DNA of 64,000 nucleotides from an uncultured Bacilli bacterium (GTDB lineage Bacteria; Bacillota_I; Bacilli_A; RF39; UBA660), in the NCBI GenBank assembly GCA_910577075.1, contig CAJTKV010000005.1:680-64679 (forward strand), read 5' to 3'. Each line of letters opens with the position of its first letter. The stretch's first letter is position 1. This document shows, one piece after another, positions 49,928-59,702 of the stretch. The notes under the pieces were generated by a model, which saw only the letters and a program-made list of their open reading frames with translations, searched no databases and was not told where the DNA came from. The position numbers were made by a program, and so were the translations under genes.

Positions 49928-51235
49928 TTAATTGTTGATGATTCTTTCAAATCTTTCACAAAATTCCCTATCAAGATCACAAAGTTTGGCGTATTCTAAA
50001 TCACCTTGCTTTTCGATATTATATTGTTTTAGTTTTTCATCAAATTCTTCTAATTCCAGATATGAGTCATTCTCATATTTTTCTATTTTTCCGTTAGCAG
50101 AAGGTGTACTAAAAGTTATTTTCTTTCCATCAATATAAATTCTATAATAAAACTGTCCTTTGCGATTGTAATCAATAAAAGAAAAGTTTTTCTTGCCAAA
50201 TCCTGTTTCGATTTTCGTTACTTCACTTAAATTATATGTGATACCCAAGGGATGAAGGGGACTGTGATAGACGATTTTATCATTAGTTATATAAGTAACA
50301 CTGGTAAAGAAACAATATGTAATAGCAATAATTATAATCATTAATGCATATTTAAATTTTTTCCATATGTCTAAATATACTTCTAAATCCTCTACTTTAT
50401 TCAAATTAAATTTTTTAAAAAAATAGCTAAATAAAACGATAATAATTATAACCATAAGTATAAGCATTAATTTAGAAACAATTAATGAATTTTCAAAAAA
50501 TAAATAGTCTTTAGGAGCGAACAGTTCTAACCCAATATTTAATAATACGAATATACCTATACATAATACAATAGAAATTATCGCGACGGGAATAATTAAT
50601 GAATTATTTTTACTTTTTTCCTTCTGCAGTTCTTCATTATTTTTTCGATAATAAATATAATAACCCCACTCGCTCACTAAAAAGAACATTCCCATTAAAG
50701 CTGATATGCTATTAAATAACATTGTATCCCATCTTTGATTATAGATATTAACAAAAAGCCGGATAATGGGAGCAGCAAAAATCAAGCTTTGAACTATTAC
50801 TGAACTTAGACTCGGACACAAGGAAGATAAAAGTCCGAACTTTAATTCTTTTATTTCGTCATTTTCCAAGAAATCAATAGTCTCACAGTAATCATTAACA
50901 ACTTTTTTAAAGTCTTTCTTTTTATAATCATCCAATAATGAGTTACAGATTGATTGCTTATCTAAGTAGAGATTCTTCTCTTCTTCTAGTTGTTTTGATT
51001 TTTTCTTTAGAGCTTGAGGAAATTCATCATTTTCCAAACAGCCAGATATTTCTTCAACACTGAAATTAATATATCGAAGTAATTTAATTAATTTCAGTCT
51101 TTCTACATCTTCTTCACTGTAGTTTCGATAGGCATTATTTTCATTTCTCTTGATATTTATAAGACCTTTTTCTTCATAGTATCTTACGCTTTTTAGGGTT
51201 AATCCCGTCTCTTTTTCAACATCTTTAATTGTCAT
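49928..51235 (-). CDS. MerR-family regulator fused to a multi-TM membrane domain
   Basis: The N-terminal MTIKDVEKETGLTLKSVRYYEEKGLI HTH is followed by about 6 TM helices. Confidence 0.65.
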   Translation of the reverse strand: MTIKDVEKETGLTLKSVRYYEEKGLINIKRNENNAYRNYSEEDVERLKLIKLLRYINFSVEEISGCLENDEFPQALKKKSKQLEEEKNLYLDKQSICNSLLDDYKKKDFKKVVNDYCETIDFLENDEIKELKFGLLSSLCPSLSSVIVQSLIFAAPIIRLFVNIYNQRWDTMLFNSISALMGMFFLVSEWGYYIYYRKNNEELQKEKSKNNSLIIPVAIISIVLCIGIFVLLNIGLELFAPKDYLFFENSLIVSKLMLILMVIIIIVLFSYFFKKFNLNKVEDLEVYLDIWKKFKYALMIIIIAITYCFFTSVTYITNDKIVYHSPLHPLGITYNLSEVTKIETGFGKKNFSFIDYNRKGQFYYRIYIDGKKITFSTPSANGKIEKYENDSYLELEEFDEKLKQYNIEKQGDLEYAKLCDLDREFCERFERIINN

Positions 51236-51256
51236 AAAATTCCTTCTTTCTATAAC

Positions 51257-51287
51257 AACATACACCCTTCCCCTGGGGTTGAGTCAA
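51257..51287 (-). promoter_or_regulatory. MerR-type promoter with a 19-bp spacer containing a CCCC-A-GGGG dyad
   Basis: The minus strand reads TTGACT-CAACCCCAGGGGAAGGGTG-TATGTT, about 15 nt upstream of the RBS. Confidence 0.4.
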
Positions 51288-51322
51288 GATATTTTTTTTA
51301 TTGTAATATTATTTTATATAAT

Positions 51323-54007
51323 TTAACAATTGGCGAATACGCCATCGATAATTTTTACATGCTCATCTATATGAAAGGTACTTTCCTTAACTAAACGACG
51401 ATTAGTAGTAGATTTGTATTTTTCTTCTATCTTTGGGCTTTTAGCAAGTTCTAATTCAATCCAAGGAGGAAGCGTTCCATAGAAGTGGAAATATAGATAA
51501 TCGACAAATTTCGAAAACTTATCTTCACGAAATTCAGTTGTAACAATTTTTTCCTTAATCGTAGTTAGTTCTTCGATACTCAATTGATCAATTAGGGGCA
51601 TCATCTGCTCATAAGCTAAAATGCGGGCCGGAGTGTCGATATCGAGAATATGTTCTAATTCTCTTTCTTTGTTCATTATATTTATGAATTCCATTATATG
51701 TTCATAATCCGCTTGGGAGATATCTTCATTTTTTAAGCTAGTTTCATAATCTACAAAGTCCGTAAAATCTTCTAAGTAGCTCATTAAAGATCCAATCGAA
51801 TAATTTTCTCTTAACACATAATCTCGTGATTCTAACGTATCTAGTTGTTGCTCTATATCATATTTATGACGGCATTGTTTTGTTAATATGTAATTTTTTA
51901 AAATTTCATAATCTTCAGCACTTAAATTTAGAGAATTCAAAAATAGTTCAATATCCGATAAATACCAGTGAGGATAATCAAGTGATTGAAGTTTATCAGT
52001 TATATCAGGATATTGATTTTCGACATATGAACATATTAATATGTCTTCATCGATTATTGATGCACTTATTTTATCATATTCATCCCATAAATCTAATAAA
52101 TCCTTTATGCTCTTTTTAGTTCTCTCCTGTTCTTTTAAAGGGGTGTTATTTTCCTCAAAGAGATATTCTAAGGGATAATCCAGTATATGAATATCGCGAG
52201 TTCTTTTTAAGGCCTGATAGAGATTATCATCTTCATAAGTAAAACTATCAGGAGCAAAATCGAGATATGTTACTTCCTTACCATCTTTTATCTCTGTGCG
52301 TTCAACTAATCTGTGGATAGGAGCATAGCATAAAATGCTAGTATTACGGAATATATCTCTTGCCAATTCTTCTATTTCTTCACGACGCTTTATAAGAGCT
52401 AGATTTTTATTATAGGTTTCCTCAAAACCTTCTATTTTATCTTCGTATATGTCCTTAATTTTTCGCGATAAGAATGTCAATTTTGTTGGCTCATTAAAGG
52501 TGCGATTGTAGTAATAATCAAAGATATTGTTTTCATTTTCAACGATAATATTTTTTATTTCTTCATAGTGTTCTGGAACGGTTACATCTACTGCTTCACT
52601 CTTTTCAATACTTTCTAAAACTTTTCCATCGGGTCCTAGAATATGATAAACATCGGTATTGTATCCAATGCGTCTTGGTTTTATCAGTCTCTTACCATCT
52701 CTTCCAACTATTGTGGATAAATACTTTTCGTTGATACTTTCTAGTAATATATTAAAGGGGTCAATCTCCGTTGGTGGGATAAAAGTAATATCCTGCTCAC
52801 GTCCTAATTTTTGACGCTCACTCAAAGGAAGTGAAAGCATCTTTTTTATGGATTCCTCATTGCTGTTTTCAATAATGCCTTTATATTTCTCTAATGCGAC
52901 CTTAGATAGATGAAGAGAATCCCAAAATTTCTTGTGTTTTCTTACTTCATCGGACATATGATGGGTAATGAAATTGGCAATTCTATCTTCGCCCTCTACT
53001 TTTTGTCCTTTAAAATGCGCCTGTAATTTTTTTAGAACATCACTTTGAATAATGCGAATGCACCCGCTTAATGATTCCAATTCAGGAAGTTCATCTAAGA
53101 ACTTGTATGATGTCGCCGTTCCATATACCTCTAATTCAACAATGTTATATAGGACAGTTAGCAAATCTATTTCTTGGGGAGTTAATTCTATATCATTTAA
53201 ACTAGCCTTTGTTAATTTATGAAAATTAGTACACAAAAGGAAATGGGCTATATTGATATTTTTCAAATTGTGAAGTTTTAAATCACAAACATTTAAATCA
53301 ACAGATCTTGGAGTATTATCGGAAATTTGACTATTATAGATGGAAAGGATTTTAGCATTCAAATGATCCAAACACTTTAAGTTGGCAATATCGCTTCCGC
53401 CTATAGTCAAAAAAGATAAGGGGATACTGCCAAAATTCGTCGCTTCAACTAGGGAGTTATGAATCTCTAGGGACTTTAAATTTTTATACATTTTTAGATG
53501 TTCAATATCTCTGTTTTTTACTACTGCATCAGATATTTTAACATTTTTAATATTATCTTTTGATAAAATGTTGGCTGGACGATATTTAATGCTTATTTCA
53601 CGATTTCCCGCACATCCATAGATATATTTATTTATCTTTTCATAAAATTCTTTATAGTTGTTTTTTATATATTCGTCGAGTATATCTAAAAGTTCATCTA
53701 TACTAGGGGCATCTTCACCTTGATAAAATTGATCTTTTCCTATGTAAACATCTATATATTTATATTTTTTATTAAAGGGTGTCCCATATACAAGAGTAAG
53801 GATTAATCCCTTGTGACGAAGATATATTCTCTCATCTTTAATGTTCTCTTCTAGGACAACACTGGTCGTTATTTTTCCATTACTATCCTCACTTATTTGA
53901 CGATATAAATCATGGGAAAATGTTTTTTCTTGTTCTCCTTGGTTTCTATCTAAAAAAACTAATCGGTTGTAAAAATTATCAAAATGTTGTTTTATTCTAT
54001 CGTTCAT
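51323..54007 (-). CDS. Large hypothetical cytoplasmic protein (894 aa) with a leucine-rich-repeat-like segment
   Basis: GGTGA RBS. Residues about 170-300 show an LxxLxLxxN-type periodicity. No enzymatic motifs were recognised. Confidence 0.5.
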   Translation of the reverse strand: MNDRIKQHFDNFYNRLVFLDRNQGEQEKTFSHDLYRQISEDSNGKITTSVVLEENIKDERIYLRHKGLILTLVYGTPFNKKYKYIDVYIGKDQFYQGEDAPSIDELLDILDEYIKNNYKEFYEKINKYIYGCAGNREISIKYRPANILSKDNIKNVKISDAVVKNRDIEHLKMYKNLKSLEIHNSLVEATNFGSIPLSFLTIGGSDIANLKCLDHLNAKILSIYNSQISDNTPRSVDLNVCDLKLHNLKNINIAHFLLCTNFHKLTKASLNDIELTPQEIDLLTVLYNIVELEVYGTATSYKFLDELPELESLSGCIRIIQSDVLKKLQAHFKGQKVEGEDRIANFITHHMSDEVRKHKKFWDSLHLSKVALEKYKGIIENSNEESIKKMLSLPLSERQKLGREQDITFIPPTEIDPFNILLESINEKYLSTIVGRDGKRLIKPRRIGYNTDVYHILGPDGKVLESIEKSEAVDVTVPEHYEEIKNIIVENENNIFDYYYNRTFNEPTKLTFLSRKIKDIYEDKIEGFEETYNKNLALIKRREEIEELARDIFRNTSILCYAPIHRLVERTEIKDGKEVTYLDFAPDSFTYEDDNLYQALKRTRDIHILDYPLEYLFEENNTPLKEQERTKKSIKDLLDLWDEYDKISASIIDEDILICSYVENQYPDITDKLQSLDYPHWYLSDIELFLNSLNLSAEDYEILKNYILTKQCRHKYDIEQQLDTLESRDYVLRENYSIGSLMSYLEDFTDFVDYETSLKNEDISQADYEHIMEFINIMNKERELEHILDIDTPARILAYEQMMPLIDQLSIEELTTIKEKIVTTEFREDKFSKFVDYLYFHFYGTLPPWIELELAKSPKIEEKYKSTTNRRLVKESTFHIDEHVKIIDGVFANC

Positions 54008-54069
54008 ATTTTCACCTTTTATCGTCTATTATACAATGATAAAAAGATTCACACAATAAAAAATTATCT

Positions 54070-54870
54070 TTATTTAAAATTAAAAGATAATTGATTAACA
54101 TCTTCCTCTGGTCTCGTTTCCCAAGCAACAACGGCTTTAGCAAAAAGTGAAATAAGACTTTCATATATGGTATTTTTTAATAATTCTTTATCACTTAGCG
54201 AACTTTGATCGATAATGTTGATTACTTCTTGGATAAACTTCTCTAGGGTTTCCTCATCATAATTGTCAGTAACAAATTCTTCTAGGTTTCGGCGAATATT
54301 TTCTTTACGATTAGTATTTGATCTAGAGATATTTTCTCTTAAAGATATATTTTTAAGTTCGACTCCAGGAATTGTTTCCTGATTATAATTGATACTCTCA
54401 GCAGCGTCCATGCTCGTTAGTATTTTAGGATCAAACATATTCTTTGTCAAATGCGAAATGACAATATCAGGGTTTAATTCTCCGGATTTATGCATATATA
54501 TAAGTTCCATAGTATGTGCTAAGGTCTCAGTTTGTGCGCGTCTTTTGATATCTGGTACCATGTCTCCAAGACATCCATTTTTTAATAGACGAGATATTGC
54601 CTTAAAATTAGTATTGGCTTTGGTTGATTCAATGATATAGTCTCCCAAATCATTTAGATCTTTTAATATTCGATAGTAAGGGAAGATGGAAAATAGTGTA
54701 GAGAGAAGAGAGGCTTGTAGATAGGCATTTTTATCCTCGTCATATTCTTCGGTTTCAATATTATCAAGAATGTTGATTATATAAATGTAGGTAAATTTAT
54801 CATCAATGTATAAATCGATAAGATTTTTTAATATTTTTGTTAAGACCATCCTATTCATACAATCACCCAT
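54070..54870 (-). CDS. Hypothetical protein (about 262-266 aa)
   Basis: Open frame with two candidate ATG starts (54870 or 54858). Confidence 0.45.
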   Translation of the reverse strand: MGDCMNRMVLTKILKNLIDLYIDDKFTYIYIINILDNIETEEYDEDKNAYLQASLLSTLFSIFPYYRILKDLNDLGDYIIESTKANTNFKAISRLLKNGCLGDMVPDIKRRAQTETLAHTMELIYMHKSGELNPDIVISHLTKNMFDPKILTSMDAAESINYNQETIPGVELKNISLRENISRSNTNRKENIRRNLEEFVTDNYDEETLEKFIQEVINIIDQSSLSDKELLKNTIYESLISLFAKAVVAWETRPEEDVNQLSFNFK

Positions 54871-54981
54871 AGTTCTTTATTATATATTTTTAATGGCTTA
54901 TTGTAAAGTTTTATTTGACACTAAAAAACTTTTGTTAATGAAATATGACCGAGAATATTTTATAATTATAGTGGTGATACT

Positions 54982-55839
54982 ATGAAATTATTAGAAATGT
55001 GGGAAGTGCAGGTTGCTATTTATTTGCTATCAGCTTGTATATTTGCAAGGACTTTTAAAGCAGCCAATAGGGAGATGAAAGATGCCAATAGTCTTACTAT
55101 TTTATTGGAATTAACAACAGCTTTTTTTGCAATTTTTCTAATACCTCTTTTTCCAATTAAGTTTCCCAGTGATATAAAAATATATCTTACTTTATTTGTA
55201 ACGACTATTCTATATGCATTTACAGATAGATTAAATACTGGGGCAAGATATGGGCTTAAACCATCGACATTTAGCATGCTCAAGCAACTTTCGACTGTAT
55301 TCATGATTATATTTGGTCTAACCTTCTTAAAGGAAGCAATTGTTCCGATAAAAATAGTTGGTGCTATCTTGATAATTAGTGCTAATATCTTAATAAGTTA
55401 TGATAAGGGTAAATTTGAAATCAATAAGTATTTTATTATGTCATTTATATCCAACTTCTTATTTGCTGTAGCGATGCTTATTAATGTTAATATCTCGGAT
55501 TATTTCAACATTGCCATTTATACGATTATAACAGTTTCTTTCCCCGCATTGTTTATTGCTTTATTTAAAAGAATAAAAATTAAGAATTTAAAAGAAGAAT
55601 TTGCTCTATATAAGAAAAAGGAATTTATATTAGCGGGTTTTACTTGGTGTTTAATGCTAATATCTTCAGTAAAGGCCTATCAATTAAAGAGCGTTACTGT
55701 TGTTGCTCCTCTATTTGCTCTAACTTCAATTATAAATGCCATCGTCGAATTAATCTTTGATAAAGATCGCAAGGGATTTTTAATAAAAATGATTGCTGGT
55801 ATCTTAATTATTATAGGTGTTATTTTAATAAAAATATAA
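54982..55839 (+). CDS. DMT/EamA-like 10-TM membrane protein
   Basis: Two 5-TM halves; hydrophobic throughout. Confidence 0.5.
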   Translation: MKLLEMWEVQVAIYLLSACIFARTFKAANREMKDANSLTILLELTTAFFAIFLIPLFPIKFPSDIKIYLTLFVTTILYAFTDRLNTGARYGLKPSTFSMLKQLSTVFMIIFGLTFLKEAIVPIKIVGAILIISANILISYDKGKFEINKYFIMSFISNFLFAVAMLINVNISDYFNIAIYTIITVSFPALFIALFKRIKIKNLKEEFALYKKKEFILAGFTWCLMLISSVKAYQLKSVTVVAPLFALTSIINAIVELIFDKDRKGFLIKMIAGILIIIGVILIKI

Positions 55840-55871
55840 AAAGTAGCGAAATACGCTACTTTTCTTATTAA

Positions 55872-56771
55872 TCAAAACTTTCTCGATGATCCTCCACCAG
55901 AGAAACCACCGCCACCTCCGCTAGAATGTGATGAGTGGGATGAATGTGAACTCGAACTATAACCACCCGAGTAGCCGCCTCCGCTACCACTAACGCTGTA
56001 TGGCATCATTTTTAAAGTGACAAAACGGCCAATTAGAAAGCCAATCATGTGAATTGCAAAAAGGAAAAAATAGATTTTATTGCTGTTATATAAGACAAGA
56101 AGAATAATGAGACCAATGATTAAATAACTTGCGGTTAATTTGTCTTTAATTGATTTAGCAAATCGCGCTACTTGTCCAATAACGAATCCAACAAAGCCGA
56201 TAATGAGCATCATATTTAGAGAGATAGTATAATCTCTTTGGTTTTTTTTTCTTAAATTGGCTGTTGCTAAATTTAAATTATTTAATTTTACTATTTCATT
56301 AAATAAGGCATCATAGCCATTCTTTATTCCCGTATCAAAATCGTTGGTTTTAAAATAAGGTATCATATATTGATCTTGAAATCTTCCCGTTTTACCATCG
56401 GGTAAAATACCTTCTAGTCCTGTTCCTACTTCTATTCTTGATTCTCTTTCTTCTAGGGCTAAAAGTATTAGTAAGCCATTATTTTTATCTTTTGAGCCAA
56501 TACCAAATTCGCGAGCTAAATTAAGAGAAAAGTCTTCAATACTAGAATTTTCTAAATTGCGAACCGTTACAACAACGATTTGGGTGCCATCGACTTTATA
56601 TAATTCTTTACTTTTTTCTATAATATACTTTTCTGTTTCTGAGCTTAAGACATTGGCATAATCATTAACATAAAACTCACTTGTTGGTGAAACAAGGGCA
56701 TTAACATTCGGGATAAACAGACAAGAAAAAAGAAGAAGGATTAATAAATTAATCCTCGTCAAACGATACAT
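55872..56771 (-). CDS. TPM-domain protein (YgcG-like) with a Gly/Ser-rich C-terminal tail
   Basis: Signal peptide, a TPM fold, a TM helix and a GGGYSGGYSSSSHSSHSS tail. The start overlaps the lemA stop by 23 nt. Confidence 0.7.
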   Translation of the reverse strand: MYRLTRINLLILLLFSCLFIPNVNALVSPTSEFYVNDYANVLSSETEKYIIEKSKELYKVDGTQIVVVTVRNLENSSIEDFSLNLAREFGIGSKDKNNGLLILLALEERESRIEVGTGLEGILPDGKTGRFQDQYMIPYFKTNDFDTGIKNGYDALFNEIVKLNNLNLATANLRKKNQRDYTISLNMMLIIGFVGFVIGQVARFAKSIKDKLTASYLIIGLIILLVLYNSNKIYFFLFAIHMIGFLIGRFVTLKMMPYSVSGSGGGYSGGYSSSSHSSHSSHSSGGGGGFSGGGSSRKF

Positions 56772-57321
56772 TAGGTACCTCACTTGCTGATTCTTTAGCT
56801 TCAAAATATTCCTTTTTCTCAAAATTAAACATACCTGCTAAAATATTTTTAGGAAAACTCTTAATAGCTTTATTATATTCGCTTACTGTATTGTTATAAT
56901 CTTTACGAGATGCTGCTATTCTATTTTCTGTTCCAGCTAGTTCATCAGATAGATTAATAAAGTTAGTATTGGATTTTAAATCAGGATAGTTTTCAACTAA
57001 GGCAATTAAGTTATTTAACGAAACTGTTAATTCTTCATTGGCTTTAGCTTTATCTGTTAAAGATTTGGCATTTACTAAATTTTCTCTTGCTGATGTAACA
57101 CTTTCAATGACTTTTTCTTCATGTTTCATATATCCTTTAACTGTACTTATCAAATTAGGTATTAAGTCTGCTCTTCTCTCTAATTGAACAGAGATATCAG
57201 AATATTTGTTTTCAACATTTTCACTCTTTTCAACTAAATCATTATATCCTCCAACCAAAGTTATTCCGAGGATAAGTACTACTGCTGCGATGACAATACC
57301 GATTATTGTTCCTTTTTTCAT
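56749..57321 (-). CDS. LemA-family membrane protein
   Basis: N-terminal TM and the LemA core (LVEKSENVENKYSDISVQLERRADLIPNL...). Confidence 0.8.
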   Translation of the reverse strand: MKKGTIIGIVIAAVVLILGITLVGGYNDLVEKSENVENKYSDISVQLERRADLIPNLISTVKGYMKHEEKVIESVTSARENLVNAKSLTDKAKANEELTVSLNNLIALVENYPDLKSNTNFINLSDELAGTENRIAASRKDYNNTVSEYNKAIKSFPKNILAGMFNFEKKEYFEAKESASEVPNVSFDED

Positions 57322-57414
57322 TTTTTCACCTTCCTAATTTAAGAATACTATAGTGTAGTGATGAAGTAAACATAATAATTATAAATTATGTAAAGAGGAA
57401 CAAGAAAAAAGACA

Positions 57415-59586
57415 TTATTTAATGTCTTCAAATTCTTTTCTTTCACTTATTATATCTATATCTTTAATGTCTACTTCTTTATTTTCATATTTTTCTCGTA
57501 TAAACTCTAAAAATTTTTGTTCTAAATCGCCGGTGTTTTTTACTTTATAATCATTATTTTTTATGGATTTTTCCATCATTCCCCTTAGGCGCTTCCACTT
57601 ATCATAATATGCAGTTTTGGTTTTTACCATAAATGATTTATTATCCTCTAAAACAAATCCTTCGATGAAGTGGCCATTTAATTGATAGTCATCTCCCGTT
57701 ATTTGATTGTAAATATCTTTAAATTCTTCTGGGTTGTTTGCCGTATAGATTAGTTCTTTTACTTCAATGGCGTTATTATTACTAAAATATTTTAATTCAT
57801 CATAACTTACTTTGTCGTATTCATGCGTATTATAAATCATATCTAAAAGAATGAGATTTTGTTCTCTATATTCAATGATGTGTGGGTCATTTATTGGATC
57901 AATCACTTCAAAAACAAAGGATAAATTATCGGCAAGCATTTTATTCTTAATTGCAGATATTTGATCTTCACTGAAGATATTATAAAATATATCTGTAAAA
58001 TATGTAACAAATGGTCCTTCATTTGTCGATTTGGAAGCGAAGAAGAGTTCGCCATCTTTTGTAGATAAGATTCCCAAAAAGCCATTATATTTTAAATAAA
58101 AGTTAACAGGAAAATTTAAGGTATTAATTAAATCTTCTATTTGTGTTTCTCTACGTTCATTTATTTTAAAGAACTTATTATAACTTCTAGCAATTATTTT
58201 ATTGTTCAATGTATCAATAAATAATCCTCGAGCTTTAGTAGTCATATTATCCCATATGTGATTAGCAAATGCTTCTTTAGAAAAATTAAATGATGAGATA
58301 TTGTTTCCTAAATCCTTTTCAATAATATATTTATTATTTTTAAAATCATTTATCAAATTATAAATAGTTGTTTCCTCTATTAAGTTAGGATTGTATATGT
58401 CATTTTTTATTTCTGTACAAGAAATTCCAGTTGGTGAGATATTTAAAACACGAAGATGTCCTCCATGTTCAATATCACCTTCAAGATTTAAAGAAAGAGG
58501 ATATTCATCATACTTAATTTTATAGTAATTGCGATGAGCATGGATTTGAATTACTTTATTTTCTTGGTTTTCCATATACTCGTTATATATAGAATCTATA
58601 TTAACATCATATTTATCGATACCATAGATAAAGGAATTGGTGCTGTATAGATCTAGCGACTTTGATGGAAAATATGGTATTCCTCCATGAGATATTAAAT
58701 ATTTTTGGTCGTTAAATTCGATAAAAGATATCTGAGCTAATTTTTTAACAAAGCCACGAAGAAGACTTTTTTCGAGTTTATTATCTTCAAACTCTTCAAT
58801 AGTGTTTTTAATATCATAATCCATTTTAAATTCATCACCGCAGGCATATTTATATAATTTATCTTCATGATTGCCAACTAAGAATATCATATTATCGTTT
58901 TTCATTAATTCTAATAGATAATTAAATGTTTCATAATTTTCTATGCCACGATCAAAGTAATCACCAGTAAAGATATATGCATCTTTGTCTTTTATTGGAT
59001 TATCAGTAAAATATTTTTTTAAAGCGCTTAGGCAACCATGAATATCACCAATCACATGAATATTTTCATATTTATTAAAATCTCTTGGTATAGTCTTTAT
59101 TATATCTTGAAAGTTTTCTGGTTTGATAACTTGAAAAGATGATGGTACGGATTCTTTGGCAAATAGACGATAAGATTTGTCAATAGAACTTTCAGGAACT
59201 TGTTTATAGCTTTCACGAGCATTATTTCGCTCATAAACTATTTCTTTAGGAATATCAGTGAAATCTAAGAGATAGAGACGATAGCGATATTTTTCTGCTA
59301 ATTTTTTATAGTTTGATAACGATTCTTTAACGTTTGCATGAACGGCATCAATTATAGTGAATTCTCCTCTTCGCATTCTATCTTCTAATATCTCATATAA
59401 AAGATTCCAGATTTTTTTATTATTGAATTGAGGTATTGTTTCATTATAGTTTACAGTCATTTCAGGCGAAGAATACATAAGTCTTATTTTATCAGCGCAT
59501 AATGTATAGGCTTCTAAATTATTTTCTTGAATAAATGTGCTCTTTCCACAGCCCTGGGCTCCTCTTAGAATTACTAATTTTCGCAT
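57415..59586 (-). CDS. pnkp: Bacterial polynucleotide kinase-phosphatase-ligase (Pnkp-like, three domains)
   Basis: The N-terminal P-loop kinase (GAQGCGKST) is followed by a calcineurin-like phosphoesterase (GDIHGC, GDYFDRG, GNHE). The C-terminal nucleotidyltransferase has ligase motif I KYNGF, motif IV EGFVL and motif V FMVKTK. The start is at MRKLVILRG, which has an AAGGAGG RBS. Confidence 0.7.
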   Translation of the reverse strand: MRKLVILRGAQGCGKSTFIQENNLEAYTLCADKIRLMYSSPEMTVNYNETIPQFNNKKIWNLLYEILEDRMRRGEFTIIDAVHANVKESLSNYKKLAEKYRYRLYLLDFTDIPKEIVYERNNARESYKQVPESSIDKSYRLFAKESVPSSFQVIKPENFQDIIKTIPRDFNKYENIHVIGDIHGCLSALKKYFTDNPIKDKDAYIFTGDYFDRGIENYETFNYLLELMKNDNMIFLVGNHEDKLYKYACGDEFKMDYDIKNTIEEFEDNKLEKSLLRGFVKKLAQISFIEFNDQKYLISHGGIPYFPSKSLDLYSTNSFIYGIDKYDVNIDSIYNEYMENQENKVIQIHAHRNYYKIKYDEYPLSLNLEGDIEHGGHLRVLNISPTGISCTEIKNDIYNPNLIEETTIYNLINDFKNNKYIIEKDLGNNISSFNFSKEAFANHIWDNMTTKARGLFIDTLNNKIIARSYNKFFKINERRETQIEDLINTLNFPVNFYLKYNGFLGILSTKDGELFFASKSTNEGPFVTYFTDIFYNIFSEDQISAIKNKMLADNLSFVFEVIDPINDPHIIEYREQNLILLDMIYNTHEYDKVSYDELKYFSNNNAIEVKELIYTANNPEEFKDIYNQITGDDYQLNGHFIEGFVLEDNKSFMVKTKTAYYDKWKRLRGMMEKSIKNNDYKVKNTGDLEQKFLEFIREKYENKEVDIKDIDIISERKEFEDIK

Positions 59587-59702
59587 ATTTTTTCCTCCTT
59601 GATGCTTTATATTATACCATTTTTTTACCAACTATGATATTAGATGACAAGATTATTTTTAAATAATAAAAAGAGTCTATATAGACTCTTCCTGTTTTGT
59701 TA

